A DNA stretch of 64,000 nt from an uncultured virus (IMG/VR IMGVR_UViG_2897137741_000002) (IMGVR_UViG_2897137741_000002:62001-126000); one strand, 5' to 3'; shown: positions 39,968 through 51,092, numbered from the stretch's first letter. Made by a program: numbers and translations. Notes: generated by a model not told the origin, from the letters alone.

Positions 39968-41104
39968 TTGAAGTATGATAAAGACAGAGTAAAAGAAAGC
40001 CTAACCATTGAGGATATACATAAGATTTTAAAAGATTTAGGTAGTGAGAACAATCTGTGGGATCAACAAGGAAATCCAATTTACAGAACCGTTTGTCACA
40101 ATGCTTCTGGTGGGAGCTATAAGCTGTATTACTATCATGAAGCAAAACAGTTTCACTGTTATACAGAGTGTGGGGATAATTTTGATGTATTCGAACTTGT
40201 TATAAGAGCAAGAAGCCAAAAAGGTATTAATATCTCTTTTAATCAGGCTATCGAATATGTTGCCAAAATAGCAGGAAGAACATTTGGATTTGGGAATAAA
40301 GAGACATACATAAACAATGAATTGAATGATGACTGGGAATGGATGGGGAAGTTCAAAAAGAAGAAAAAAATACATATTGAGCTTCCCAGCTTTGATGAAA
40401 CGGTTCTAGATGTATTTGTGCCTTATCCTCACCAATTGTGGCTAGGTGAGGGAATAAGTCACAATACATTAAAAGAGTTTGAGATTGGGTACTATTTTAG
40501 ACCACATACAGAAGGGATTACCATTCCCCATCGAGATTTAAATAATAGGTTGATTGGTATACGTAGGCGCTCAATGATTAAAGAAGAAGTTGATGCAGGC
40601 TATAAATATATGCCTTTAAAAGTTGGCAATATCTTATATAACCACCAAACAATGATGAATCTATATGGATTACATAAAACAAAAAATTCAATAGAAAGGT
40701 TCAAGAAAGTATTGATTTTTGAATCAGAAAAATCAGTATTAAAATGCCAAGACTTTTACGGTGAATCCAACTTTACCTGTGCTGTTTGTTCAAGTAATAT
40801 TTCTAATTTTCACCGTGACATTTTATTATCTCTTGGTGTTGAAGAAGTTTTTATTGCTCTTGATAAATACCGACCACCAAAAGAACATGAAACAGAGGAG
40901 AAATATCAAGAAAAATTGGTTGAATATCAGAAGAAAATTCTAAAGCTCACAGCAAAATTTACTCCTTATGTTCGTGTGTATGTTTTGTGGGATTATGAAG
41001 GCTTACTGGATTATAAGGACAGCCCAGCTGACAAGGGAAAGGAAACTCTAGAGGAGCTAATGAGAAGGAAAATTGAGATTGGCACAGATGAAGGGGGAAT
41101 TTAA
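39968..41104 (+). CDS. yorJ: DNA primase
   Basis: Zn-binding N-terminus, TOPRIM FESEKS..ALD. Confidence 0.85.
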   Translation: MKYDKDRVKESLTIEDIHKILKDLGSENNLWDQQGNPIYRTVCHNASGGSYKLYYYHEAKQFHCYTECGDNFDVFELVIRARSQKGINISFNQAIEYVAKIAGRTFGFGNKETYINNELNDDWEWMGKFKKKKKIHIELPSFDETVLDVFVPYPHQLWLGEGISHNTLKEFEIGYYFRPHTEGITIPHRDLNNRLIGIRRRSMIKEEVDAGYKYMPLKVGNILYNHQTMMNLYGLHKTKNSIERFKKVLIFESEKSVLKCQDFYGESNFTCAVCSSNISNFHRDILLSLGVEEVFIALDKYRPPKEHETEEKYQEKLVEYQKKILKLTAKFTPYVRVYVLWDYEGLLDYKDSPADKGKETLEELMRRKIEIGTDEGGI

Positions 41105-42834
41105 TGGAGTATAGACTAATTGGCGACAATGATTATAATTTCGATCCTTTAGCTACTATCTTAAAAAATAGAGGCATAGAAGATCCAAAGTTGTTTGTTA
41201 ATGTTGATCAAAGTTCAGTTATTCATTATTCAAAGCTTAATAATATTGATAAAGCTGCAGATTGTCTTATTAAGCATTTAAATAATAAAAATAAATTGTT
41301 TGTTCAGGTAGACAGTGATGTTGATGGATACACATCCAGCTCAATCATTATAAATTACATAAAGAAGATTTGTCCGAAAGCTAATATACATTACAGAATT
41401 CAAGATGGGAAAGAGCATGGGATTTTTATTGATACAATTCCTGATGATGTTGACTTAGTCATAATCCCAGATGCAGGTTCAAGTCAATTTGAGGAACATG
41501 AGGCTCTTAATAAGAGAGGCACAGAAATAATTGTTATTGATCACCATGAATGTGAACGAGTGTCTGAACACGCGATCGTAGTAAATAATCAACTTTCGCC
41601 TAATTATTCGAATAAAACTCTGACAGGTGCAGGAATGGCCTATAAATTTTGCCAGGCAGTTGATGAAAAACTAAATAAAAATGAAGCCGAACAATTCTTA
41701 GACCTTGTATCAATTGGTAACATTGCTGATTCGGCTGATTCAAGAAACCTTGAAACCAGGTATTTTATGAATGAAGGCTTGAAGAAAATTAAGCATCCAT
41801 TATTAAAGAAGCTGTTTAAGAAGCAAGAGTTTTCAACCAAGGGTGACAAGAACATACAGAATACACAGTTCTTTATTAACCCTTTAATTAACGCTGCCAT
41901 TAGGGTTGGAAGCAGTGAAGAAAAAAATCAAATGATGAGAGCATTCCTCCTTTCTAAAGAAAAGGTACCCTATAAAAAACGTGGGCAAAATGAAACTGAG
42001 CTTGTGTCAATACATGATGACACAGTTAGGATTCTAGGAAATCTAAAAGCAAAGCAGAAACGGATTGCAGATGCAGCTGGAGCTGAAATTAAAAATAGAA
42101 TAGAGGAGAAAAATTTAACAGCGAATAAAGTACTCATTGTTTATATTGAAGGGATTCTAGATAAAAGCCTAACTGGACTGGTGGCCAATCAGCTTGCAGA
42201 AGAATATAAAAAGCCGGTCTTGTTAGCCAGAAACGATCCCGAAAAAGGTAAAGATATTTTGAGTGGCTCTATACGAGGATATGATAAAGGGTTTATAAAG
42301 GATTTTAAGAAAGAGCTTATAGATACTGGATTATTTGAGTTTGTTGAAGGTCACCCAAATGCAGCTGGCTTTGCAATTAAACGACAGAACTTAATCCTGG
42401 TGAACAAAGTGCTGAATGAAAAATTTAAAGACATAGATATCGAAGAAGATATTCAGAATGTTGATTTTGAGATCCCAGCAAAACGATTGAGAAAAGAATT
42501 TATCCTTCAACTTGATGGTTATAAAGACTATTGGGGTTACAAAGTTGAAGAACCCTTAATAGCTATAACGGATCTTGAAATTGAAGTCGAACAAATTGAG
42601 CATTTAGGGAAAAAGAATAAGACAACTGTTAAATTTAAGCATGGCGATATTGAATACATAAGGTTTAAAAGTGATGAGAACTACTTTAATCAGCTTACTG
42701 CATCAAATGGAACATTAGTCATTAATGTAATTGGTAAAGCAAAGGCAAATGAATACAAAGGCAAGAAAACACCTCAAATCGAGATTTATGAATTGGAGGT
42801 GGTTCGCACAAAACAAAAAGAACTTGTGTTTTAA
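41104..42834 (+). CDS. yorK: RecJ-like DHH exonuclease
   Basis: DSDVDG, DHH, GHPNAAG. Confidence 0.92.
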   Translation: MEYRLIGDNDYNFDPLATILKNRGIEDPKLFVNVDQSSVIHYSKLNNIDKAADCLIKHLNNKNKLFVQVDSDVDGYTSSSIIINYIKKICPKANIHYRIQDGKEHGIFIDTIPDDVDLVIIPDAGSSQFEEHEALNKRGTEIIVIDHHECERVSEHAIVVNNQLSPNYSNKTLTGAGMAYKFCQAVDEKLNKNEAEQFLDLVSIGNIADSADSRNLETRYFMNEGLKKIKHPLLKKLFKKQEFSTKGDKNIQNTQFFINPLINAAIRVGSSEEKNQMMRAFLLSKEKVPYKKRGQNETELVSIHDDTVRILGNLKAKQKRIADAAGAEIKNRIEEKNLTANKVLIVYIEGILDKSLTGLVANQLAEEYKKPVLLARNDPEKGKDILSGSIRGYDKGFIKDFKKELIDTGLFEFVEGHPNAAGFAIKRQNLILVNKVLNEKFKDIDIEEDIQNVDFEIPAKRLRKEFILQLDGYKDYWGYKVEEPLIAITDLEIEVEQIEHLGKKNKTTVKFKHGDIEYIRFKSDENYFNQLTASNGTLVINVIGKAKANEYKGKKTPQIEIYELEVVRTKQKELVF

Positions 42835-42846
42835 GGGGGAGAAAAG

Positions 42847-45800
42847 TTGATAGGATGTCACTGTCACACAGATAGGAGTAACATAAGGCTTCTAGACTCA
42901 ACAAACTCAGTTAAAGAACTGCTCAAAACTGCAGTGAAGATGGAATATAAGGGGCTGGCCATAACAGACCATGAAGTCCTCTCAGCCCATTTAGATGCTA
43001 TTCGAACAGTTAGAGAAATGAAAAAGAAGGGGGATATGCCAGAAGATTTTAAACTGATATTGGGCAATGAAGCGTACCTAGTCGATTCTTTAGAGGAAGT
43101 TCGAGATAACTATAAATCGGGAGTGACAAAATTTCCGCATTTCTTGATGTTGGCAATCGATCCAAAAGGACATGAGCAGTTAAGAATACTGTCTTCTCAA
43201 GCCTGGGAAAACTCATTTTATACAGGAACAATGGAAAGAGTGCCGACAGTAAAAAAGGATGTAGAGGAGCTATTAAGTAAAGATCCAGGCCACATCATTG
43301 CTACCACAGCTTGCCTGGGGTCTGAGGTAAACATTCACCTGTTAAAGATAAAGGCTTTTGAAGAAACTGGTGATTCTCAGTCAATTAAGCAGCACAAACT
43401 AAAGATTCATGAGTTTATAACTTGGTGTATAGAGATTTTTGGGAAGGATAAGTTTTTTATCGAGCTTCAACCTGCACTGAGTGAAGAACAGATTTACTGT
43501 AACAAGAAGCTGATAGATATAGCCAACGGGTATGACTTGCAAATGATTGTTACAACAGATGCTCACTATCTAAGACCAGAAGATAGAGCAATTCATCAAG
43601 CCTTTTTAAAAGCTAAGGATGGAGAAAGAGAAGTTGATTCCTTTTATGAAGCCTGTTTCGTTCAAAACGTTGATGAAATTCATGAGAGAATGGATTACAT
43701 TGATAAAGAAGTCATCGATCAGGCCATAAAAAATACAATGCTCATTGGTGAGATGATTGAAGACTATACTATAGAGCACGAACCAATTATCCCTAAGATG
43801 GAGCTTCCTAACTTTAAATTAAGACATTTATTTAAACCAGCATATGATCAATATGAATATATAAAAAAGATGTCTGAATCATCAGATGAACAAGATAGAT
43901 ATCTCCTTAAGTTAATTGAGGACGGATTTGAAGAGAAATTAAAGACAAGCGAACTAACGAGAGAAGCTTTTCATAAAATATTGAATAGGATTAACGTTGA
44001 GCTGGGTGAACTTTGGGAAATCAGCCAAAAGCTGAACCAGTCTATGCCTTCTTATTACATAACAGTTAGAGAAATCATTAATATTATTTGGGATGATGAG
44101 TGTGGAGGAGACAGTTTAGTTGGGGCAGCCAGGGGAAGTGCTGCAGGTTACTTAGTTAATTATCTTCTCGATAACACTCAAATTAATCCAATGCAATATG
44201 ATTTACCACATTGGAGACATATACATAAATCGAGACCTGACCTTCCAGATATCGATATTGATACTGAAGGATCAAAAAGACAAAAAATTCTTAAGGCACT
44301 TAGAGAAAGGTTTGGAGAGAAACGTGTTCTTCAAATTGCTACTTTTGGAACTGAGGGTTCAAAATCAGCGCTTCAGACAGCGTGTAGAGGCTTAGGAATC
44401 GATAATGATATATCTCAGTATTTAAGTGGAATGATTCCATTTGAAAGAGGATCTAACTGGCCTTTAACACATTGTTTTTATGGTGACAAAGAAACTGGCA
44501 GGAAGCCGATTAAAGAGTTTATTAGGGAGGTTGAACAATACCCTAATCTTAAAGAAACAGCTCTAAAAATTGAAGGGTTAACTAATAAGCGCTCTTCTCA
44601 TGCAGCCGGAGTAATTATCTTTAACGATGAATATACAAAGTCGAATGCAATGATGAAAACTCCTAAAGGAGCTTATATTACACAGTTTAATATGGGTGAC
44701 AGTGAAGCCATGGGCTCAGTAAAGTTTGACCTTCTTACAATTGAAGCTTTAGATAAGATTAGAGTAACATTAGACCAATTAATCGAGAATAAAGAAATTG
44801 AATGGCAAGGAAGCTTAAAGGAAACCTACAACAAATACATCCATCCAGACGTAATTGAGTACGAAGATGATAAGCTATGGGAAATGGCTGGTAATGGGGA
44901 GATCATGGATTTGTTCCAGTTCTCAACTGAAGTCGGTCATCAATCAGTTGTCAAAGTAAAACCTAAGAACTTACTTGAAGCAGCAGTAACCAATTCTTTA
45001 ATGAGGCTTATGTCAGACGGTGAAGAACAGCCTGTAGATACATATGTAAAATACAAAAATGACCTTAATAAATGGTATGAAGAAATGAAGCGGTACGGCC
45101 TAAGCGAAAAGGAAATCAAAGTATTGGAGAGGCACCTTAAGGACATTTATGGTGTTGCTGATACTCAAGAAGTGGTTATGCAGATGGTTATGGACAAAGA
45201 TATAGCTAACTTTGACATTAAAGAATCTAATTATCTTAGGAAATCCATAGCAAAAAAGAAGGAAGATGTACTAAAAGAAGTAGAAGAATTGTTTTTCAAA
45301 AAAGGAAAGGAAATTGGCACCTCAGATAACCTTTTGAATTATGTCTGGAATGTTCAATTTAAAAGACAGTTTGGCTACAGTTTTAGTTTACTTCATACCT
45401 TGGCATATTCAATTATTGCATTACAGGAATTGAACTTAAACTATCGATATAATCCTTTATACTGGAATACTGCTTGTTTAACGGTAAACAGCGGAGGAAT
45501 AGATACCGAGGATACAAAAGACAACAAAAAGACAGCTGCTACAAACTACGGAAAAGTTGCTTCAGCCATCGGAAACATCAGACAAAGAGGGATTAAAATA
45601 GACCTTCCAGATATAAATAAGGCTGATTTTGGTTTTAGGACTGATATTAACAACAATTCAATTTTATTTGGACTTAAAGGAATGAATGGAATTGGAGACG
45701 ATGTTATTCATCATATAGTTCTAAATAGACCATATAGTGACTTTAATGACTTTATTGAAAGAATGTTTAAGAGCGGCATTATTAAGAAAGGACAAGTAAT

Positions 45801-46764
45801 CCAATTAATAAAAGGAGGCTGCTTTGATTCTTTTGGAGACAGGCAAGAAATCATGAAGGCCTTTATTAGCTTAATATCAGAACCAAAAAGTAAGCTTACG
45901 TTGTCTAATTTAAAAATGCTAATTGAAAACAACATTGTTCCTTCAGAATTTGCACAAGAAGTGAGATTTTTTCGCTTTAAAGATTACATCAGCAAAAAGG
46001 TGTACAAAACATTAAAGTCGCCAAAAGATAAATTTCTTTTATTGGATGATGTATCAGCTTCATTTTATAACCAGCATTTCAGTGAGGATAGTGTTGTTGA
46101 CATGTTAAACGGGCAGCTTGTCATTTCTGAAAAAGCTTTTAAAAAAGAATATGATAACAAGATGTCTAATATAAAGTCCTGGATAACAACAGAAGAACCA
46201 CTGAAGAAATTGAATGATTGTTTATTAATAAAAGAGTGGGAAAAATACGCCGATGGGTCATTAGGCAAGTGGGAAATGGATTCATTGAGCTATTATTATA
46301 ATGACCATGAGCTTTCTGGTGTAAACTTTGCCAAGTATGATATTGCTGACTTTTATAAACTGCCAGCAGAGCCGGTCAAAGGTAAACCTTATCAATGGAG
46401 AGGGAAAACTCTCTATGAATATGAGACTACACGGATTATAGGCACTGTTTTAGATAGGGATAAAAACAAACATACAATTACTCTTCTAACACCTACAGGG
46501 GTAGTTACAGTTAAACAGTGGTCGGGTAGCTTTAGTCATTACAATAAACAGATTTCTAGATCCATTGGCGGCGGAAAGAAAGAGGTAGTCGAGAAATCTT
46601 GGTATACCAGAGGAACATTGCTCATGTTTACTGGTTTCAGAAGAGGTAACAATTTTATTCCGAAAGTCTATAAAGATAGCATATATAATCACACTGTCTG
46701 CAGAATAGACAATGTTGATAATGAAGGAAATATGAGTTTGACAACTAAAAGGACAGAAATATAA
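42847..46764 (+). CDS. yorL: DNA polymerase III alpha (DnaE-type)
   Basis: PHP domain (HCHT, TDH), RGSAAG, PDIDID; 1305 aa. Confidence 0.95.
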   Translation: MIGCHCHTDRSNIRLLDSTNSVKELLKTAVKMEYKGLAITDHEVLSAHLDAIRTVREMKKKGDMPEDFKLILGNEAYLVDSLEEVRDNYKSGVTKFPHFLMLAIDPKGHEQLRILSSQAWENSFYTGTMERVPTVKKDVEELLSKDPGHIIATTACLGSEVNIHLLKIKAFEETGDSQSIKQHKLKIHEFITWCIEIFGKDKFFIELQPALSEEQIYCNKKLIDIANGYDLQMIVTTDAHYLRPEDRAIHQAFLKAKDGEREVDSFYEACFVQNVDEIHERMDYIDKEVIDQAIKNTMLIGEMIEDYTIEHEPIIPKMELPNFKLRHLFKPAYDQYEYIKKMSESSDEQDRYLLKLIEDGFEEKLKTSELTREAFHKILNRINVELGELWEISQKLNQSMPSYYITVREIINIIWDDECGGDSLVGAARGSAAGYLVNYLLDNTQINPMQYDLPHWRHIHKSRPDLPDIDIDTEGSKRQKILKALRERFGEKRVLQIATFGTEGSKSALQTACRGLGIDNDISQYLSGMIPFERGSNWPLTHCFYGDKETGRKPIKEFIREVEQYPNLKETALKIEGLTNKRSSHAAGVIIFNDEYTKSNAMMKTPKGAYITQFNMGDSEAMGSVKFDLLTIEALDKIRVTLDQLIENKEIEWQGSLKETYNKYIHPDVIEYEDDKLWEMAGNGEIMDLFQFSTEVGHQSVVKVKPKNLLEAAVTNSLMRLMSDGEEQPVDTYVKYKNDLNKWYEEMKRYGLSEKEIKVLERHLKDIYGVADTQEVVMQMVMDKDIANFDIKESNYLRKSIAKKKEDVLKEVEELFFKKGKEIGTSDNLLNYVWNVQFKRQFGYSFSLLHTLAYSIIALQELNLNYRYNPLYWNTACLTVNSGGIDTEDTKDNKKTAATNYGKVASAIGNIRQRGIKIDLPDINKADFGFRTDINNNSILFGLKGMNGIGDDVIHHIVLNRPYSDFNDFIERMFKSGIIKKGQVIQLIKGGCFDSFGDRQEIMKAFISLISEPKSKLTLSNLKMLIENNIVPSEFAQEVRFFRFKDYISKKVYKTLKSPKDKFLLLDDVSASFYNQHFSEDSVVDMLNGQLVISEKAFKKEYDNKMSNIKSWITTEEPLKKLNDCLLIKEWEKYADGSLGKWEMDSLSYYYNDHELSGVNFAKYDIADFYKLPAEPVKGKPYQWRGKTLYEYETTRIIGTVLDRDKNKHTITLLTPTGVVTVKQWSGSFSHYNKQISRSIGGGKKEVVEKSWYTRGTLLMFTGFRRGNNFIPKVYKDSIYNHTVCRIDNVDNEGNMSLTTKRTEI

Positions 46765-46786
46765 ATCTTAACTGATAATAGGAGAG

Positions 46787-47509
46787 ATGAAAATTTTCAA
46801 AAAACTTATAGACAAATATAAAAAATATGTATATCATAGAGTTAACGAAATGACACTTTTTGCTACAATTGGTTTGTTAGGAGTAGGGCTCGTTTATAGC
46901 GCTAAAAACTTGTATACACATCAAGACAATCAAGTCTCAATAAAAGAGTCATTTTATCTAAATAAAAAAGAGGTGAGGCAAAAACTTATTCATGAAATTG
47001 ATGTTCCAAGAATCCTTCCCAGGCTAAAGAGTGAGGAAGAAAAGCAGGCTGAAAGTAGAAAAAAGTATCTTAATGCTACGATTACATATCTAACAGAAGA
47101 AAATAAAAAAGCAGCAAAACATACAAAAACAAAAAAAGTGCAAAAAATTAATAAAAAGAGAAGTGAAGATAAACCAGCTTCAAAAAGTACTAATACCAAG
47201 GCAGTGAAGAGTCATGAAGTTGTTGCCACTGCTTACACAGCATTTTGTTCTACAGGTTGCACAGGGAAAACAAGAACCGGCTATGATGTATCAAACACAT
47301 CCTATTACAATGGAAAAAGAATAATCGCTGTTGATCCAGAAGTAATTCCTTTATATTCATTAGTTCAAGTTACATATGAAGGGAATAGCTTTCAAGCATA
47401 TGCAATAGATACAGGAGGAGATATTAAAAACAATCGTATTGATATTCTGATGGACAGTGAGCAAGAAGCAAATGCATTTGGTCGTAAAAATGTAAGAGTG
47501 AGCTGGTAA
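46787..47509 (+). CDS. yorM: 3D-domain (peptidoglycan-active) membrane-anchored protein
   Basis: ATAY..IAVDP..DTGG..IDI. Confidence 0.85.
   Translation: MKIFKKLIDKYKKYVYHRVNEMTLFATIGLLGVGLVYSAKNLYTHQDNQVSIKESFYLNKKEVRQKLIHEIDVPRILPRLKSEEEKQAESRKKYLNATITYLTEENKKAAKHTKTKKVQKINKKRSEDKPASKSTNTKAVKSHEVVATAYTAFCSTGCTGKTRTGYDVSNTSYYNGKRIIAVDPEVIPLYSLVQVTYEGNSFQAYAIDTGGDIKNNRIDILMDSEQEANAFGRKNVRVSW
46809..46837 (+). promoter_or_regulatory. SigA promoter with SPBRE-like spacer inside the 5' end of yorM
   Basis: TAGACA-AATATAAAAAATATGTA-TATCAT. Confidence 0.7.
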
Positions 47510-47617
47510 ATGGATCCAAATAACTGAAAGGTATAAACATTTCAACAATTCGTTCGATGCAATACATAACATGAAATTTATCCCAAGGAAAACTATTACA
47601 TAGAGAGAGTGAAGAGG

Positions 47618-47776
47618 ATGTTCATTTTAGATAAAGAGGCCAGGGTCAAATCAACTGGGGAGTTCGGGGTTATTGAAGCCATTTACCCTGAAACAAAGAC
47701 AGTGGAACTTTGTTATTATGATGGGACTTATGATGAAAGGAGTTTTGATGATGTTGTTATGGCATCAAGTAGTTAA
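47618..47776 (+). CDS. Small protein (52 aa, YorN-like, not in track)
   Basis: MFILDKEARVKSTGEFGVIEAIYP... Confidence 0.6.
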   Translation: MFILDKEARVKSTGEFGVIEAIYPETKTVELCYYDGTYDERSFDDVVMASSS

Positions 47777-47812
47777 AATTTCATGACAAAATTAAAAAAT
47801 AGGGTGAGATAA

Positions 47813-48010
47813 TTGAAGTGTATTCAAATTGAAATGTCATTCACAGACGAATATGGACAGGTAACCAAATTAAATAAGACTTATAAACCGTCGATTATTG
47901 AAGAACATAAAGGGGAAATCCCTGGATTGTTGTTAGATGATTTTAAGAGGTTCTTGTCGTCCCTTGGGTTTAATGAAAAACAGGTTTCTAGAATAGTAAC
48001 AGAAGATTAA
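47813..48010 (+). CDS. yorO: Hypothetical protein
   Basis: 65 aa, synteny. Confidence 0.7.
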   Translation: MKCIQIEMSFTDEYGQVTKLNKTYKPSIIEEHKGEIPGLLLDDFKRFLSSLGFNEKQVSRIVTED

Positions 48011-48042
48011 GAGGTTTTTTATTGAGGGGAGGTGGTATTAAA

Positions 48043-48258
48043 TTGCCTAAATACTGGAGTTATCCTGTTGGGCTAGCTGTAGAAATTAACAATAATGCAC
48101 GATATGGATGCCCACATCATGTGGGGAGAAAAGGAAAGATTATCGAGCATTTACATTCAGCTACATATGACTATGCAGTTAGCGATGAAACAGGTGACAT
48201 TACTTACTTTAAAGAACATGAATTAACGCCACTAAAGGGAGGATTAACTTATGTTTAG
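48043..48258 (+). CDS. yorP: YorP-family protein
   Basis: MPKYWSYPVGLAVEINNNARYGCPHHVG, 71 aa. Confidence 0.85.
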   Translation: MPKYWSYPVGLAVEINNNARYGCPHHVGRKGKIIEHLHSATYDYAVSDETGDITYFKEHELTPLKGGLTYV

Positions 48259-48406
48259 AAAAGGTCAAAAGGTAATTGTTGATTTTACAGATGAGATTGG
48301 AGCTGTTGCGAAAGTTGATTACCGATACAACCAGGTAGAAGTGAAGTATCCTGACGGTACTTATCAGGTTGTTGGATTTCATAAAATAAGAAAGGTGGAG
48401 GATTAA
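48251..48406 (+). CDS. yorQ: Small protein (51 aa, not in track)
   Basis: MFRKGQKVIVDFTDEIG...; overlaps yorP and yorR. Confidence 0.7.
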   Translation: MFRKGQKVIVDFTDEIGAVAKVDYRYNQVEVKYPDGTYQVVGFHKIRKVED

Positions 48407-48903
48407 TGGCATTAATTATCTTGGAGGGACCTGATTGCTGCTTTAAATCAACAGTTGCAGCAAAGCTAAGCAAAGAACTGAAGTACCCAATTATAAAAGG
48501 TTCAAGCTTTGAGTTGGCCACAAGCGGGAATGAGAAGTTATTTGAGCACTTCAACAAATTAGCTGACGAAGACAATGTGATTATTGACAGGTTTGTTTAT
48601 TCTAACTTGGTATATGCAAAGAAATTCAAAGATTATTCGATCCTTACAGAGCACCAGCTTAGATTTATTGAGGATAAAATTAAAGTGAAAGCGAAGGTTG
48701 TATACTTACATGCTGATCCAAGCGTTATTAAGAAAAGGTTGAGTGTACGTGGAGATGAGTATATAGAGGGAAAAGATATCAATTCAATTTTAGACTTATA
48801 CAGAGAAGTTATGATCAATGCTGGATTACATACATATTCATGGGATACAGGACAATGGGGCAGCGATGAGATTGTTGAAGATTTGCTTCAATTATTTGAG
48901 TAA
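48406..48903 (+). CDS. yorR: Nucleotide (dNMP) kinase-like protein
   Basis: LEGPDCCFKST, IIDR. Confidence 0.85.
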   Translation: MALIILEGPDCCFKSTVAAKLSKELKYPIIKGSSFELATSGNEKLFEHFNKLADEDNVIIDRFVYSNLVYAKKFKDYSILTEHQLRFIEDKIKVKAKVVYLHADPSVIKKRLSVRGDEYIEGKDINSILDLYREVMINAGLHTYSWDTGQWGSDEIVEDLLQLFE

Positions 48904-48942
48904 AACAAAGAGGGAAGGAGTGAACTAGCACTCCTTAGTTAA

Positions 48943-49290
48943 CTACCGTGGTTCTACTGTGATTTTATAAATAACATAATTATCATTAATATCGTATGCA
49001 TAAATCACTGCTGTGCCCAATGTTGAATGAGAAGAAACAACACCGCCGGAACTAATGCTAATGAGGTTACTTCCAGATACTATTTCCCATCGGGTGTAAC
49101 CTGTTAATAGGGAAACGTTAGAATTCCTTAACATGTGGAAATCAACTGTACCAATCGGATCGCCTAGTTGTTTAACTTGGTCAATTGATTTAACAGGCGT
49201 AAGAGCTGAGGCTTGTGATGTGAAAGCAGGGAGAGCCAGAGTGGTTAGAGATAAGGCAGAAACAATCAATCCTTTGTAAAACTTTTTCAT
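48943..49290 (-). CDS. Secreted protein, YjdB-like
   Basis: Signal peptide ending ASA; C-terminal IYAYDINDNYVIYKITV. Confidence 0.7.
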   Translation of the reverse strand: MKKFYKGLIVSALSLTTLALPAFTSQASALTPVKSIDQVKQLGDPIGTVDFHMLRNSNVSLLTGYTRWEIVSGSNLISISSGGVVSSHSTLGTAVIYAYDINDNYVIYKITVEPR

Positions 49291-49414
49291 AAGAATTACC
49301 TCCCAGGTTTTGATTGTGATACAACTCTAGTCTAGCATGGAAAATATTTGAAATGTGTGAAGTGTTTGTGAAACTGATTAAAATATCTCTTTTATTAGGA
49401 AGGGTGGATAAGGG

Positions 49415-49681
49415 TTGCTTAAATTAAAATTTAGAAATCAAACACTGGAATTGCGTAGAAAAATGTCCTTACAATTACACCGTTTATTAGAAGACATGAC
49501 AGCTTGGTCATTTAATGAAAATGAAGCTCAAAAATATATTGATGAATATGAATTAGAGTTAGTTGAGAAGAGTGTAGACAATAAATTTAAGCTTCAAATA
49601 GTAGATAAGAATAAAAATATTTGGGGCGAATTAAAACCCAAAGAGCCAGGGTACATTGGATATTTTGTACAGACTGAATAA
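49415..49681 (+). CDS. Hypothetical protein bracketed by repeat sites
   Basis: 88 aa; sites at 49373 and 49673. Confidence 0.7.
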   Translation: MLKLKFRNQTLELRRKMSLQLHRLLEDMTAWSFNENEAQKYIDEYELELVEKSVDNKFKLQIVDKNKNIWGELKPKEPGYIGYFVQTE

Positions 49682-49729
49682 ATGATCAATTTTATTTAGA
49701 GTAAAAATAAAATATATGGAGGTTGTTTA

Positions 49730-51049
49730 TTGGGTAAACTACGTGTAATGAGTCTTTTTAGTGGGATCGGTGCATTTGAAGCTGCACTAAGAAACATTGG
49801 GGTTGGTTATGAGCTGGTTGGTTTTAGTGAGATTGATAAATATGCCGTCAAATCTTTTTGTGCAATTCACAACGTTGATGAGCAATTAAATTTTGGAGAT
49901 GTAAGCAAGATTGATAAGAAAAAACTACCTGAATTTGATCTTTTAGTTGGAGGATCTCCTTGTCAAAGCTTTAGTGTAGCCGGCCATCGAAAGGGATTTG
50001 AAGATACAAGAGGGACATTGTTTTTTCAATACGTTGAGACTCTTAAGGAAAAGCAACCAAAGTTTTTTGTTTTTGAAAATGTTAAAGGGTTGATCAACCA
50101 TGATAAAGGAAATACATTAAATGTTATGGCTGAAGCTTTCAGTGAAGTTGGGTACAGAATTGACCTAGAGCTGCTTAATTCAAAATTCTTTAATGTTCCA
50201 CAAAATAGGGAGCGACTTTACATAATTGGAATTAGAGAAGATTTAATTAAAAATGAAGAATGGTCTTTGGATTTTAAAAGAAAGGATATACTTCAAAAAG
50301 GGAAACAGAGATTGGTAGAATTAGATATTAAAAGCTTTAATTTTAGATGGACAGCTCAATCGGCTGCTACGAAGAGGCTAAAAGATTTATTAGAAGAATA
50401 CGTTGATGAAAAGTACTACTTGAATGAAGATAAAACAAACAGTTTGATCAAAGAGTTGTCTACAAGTCGACTTAATGAAAATCTTACTGTTGAGCAAGTA
50501 GGTAACATTAATCCCTCTGGTAATGGAATGAATGGAAATGTTTATAATTCATCTGGATTAAGCCCCACAATTACCACTAATAAAGGAGAGGGACTGAAAA
50601 TTGCAGTTGAGTACTCCAGAAAAAGCGGGCTTGGACGAGAACTTGCTGTATCTCATACGCTTTCTGCTTCTGACTGGAGAGGATTGAATAGGAACCAAAA
50701 ACAAAATGCAGTTGTTGAGGTAAGGCCAGTATTAACCCCAGAAAGGGGGGAGAAGCGACAAAATGGAAGAAGATTTAAAGATGACGGTGAACCAGCATTT
50801 ACAGTAAACACAATTGACAGACACGGGGTAGCGGTTGGAGAGTATCCAAAATACAGAATTAGAAGATTAACACCGTTAGAGTGCTTTAGGCTACAGGCTT
50901 TTGATGACGAAGATTTTGAAAAAGCTTTTGCTGCGGGAATAAGTAACTCACAATTATATAAGCAAGCCGGTAATTCAATTACTGTAACTGTGCTTGAGTC
51001 AATATTCAAGGAATTAATACATACATACGTTAATAAAGAATCTGAATAA
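49730..51049 (+). CDS. mtbP: Multispecific DNA (cytosine-5) methyltransferase, SPR-type
   Basis: FSGIG, GSPCQ, ENV, QNRER, QAGNS; 439 aa with tandem target-recognition domains. Confidence 0.93.
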   Translation: MGKLRVMSLFSGIGAFEAALRNIGVGYELVGFSEIDKYAVKSFCAIHNVDEQLNFGDVSKIDKKKLPEFDLLVGGSPCQSFSVAGHRKGFEDTRGTLFFQYVETLKEKQPKFFVFENVKGLINHDKGNTLNVMAEAFSEVGYRIDLELLNSKFFNVPQNRERLYIIGIREDLIKNEEWSLDFKRKDILQKGKQRLVELDIKSFNFRWTAQSAATKRLKDLLEEYVDEKYYLNEDKTNSLIKELSTSRLNENLTVEQVGNINPSGNGMNGNVYNSSGLSPTITTNKGEGLKIAVEYSRKSGLGRELAVSHTLSASDWRGLNRNQKQNAVVEVRPVLTPERGEKRQNGRRFKDDGEPAFTVNTIDRHGVAVGEYPKYRIRRLTPLECFRLQAFDDEDFEKAFAAGISNSQLYKQAGNSITVTVLESIFKELIHTYVNKESE

Positions 51050-51092
51050 AATTTGTCTTTTAAACAAATGTAAAATAAGAGGAGTGGATTGA

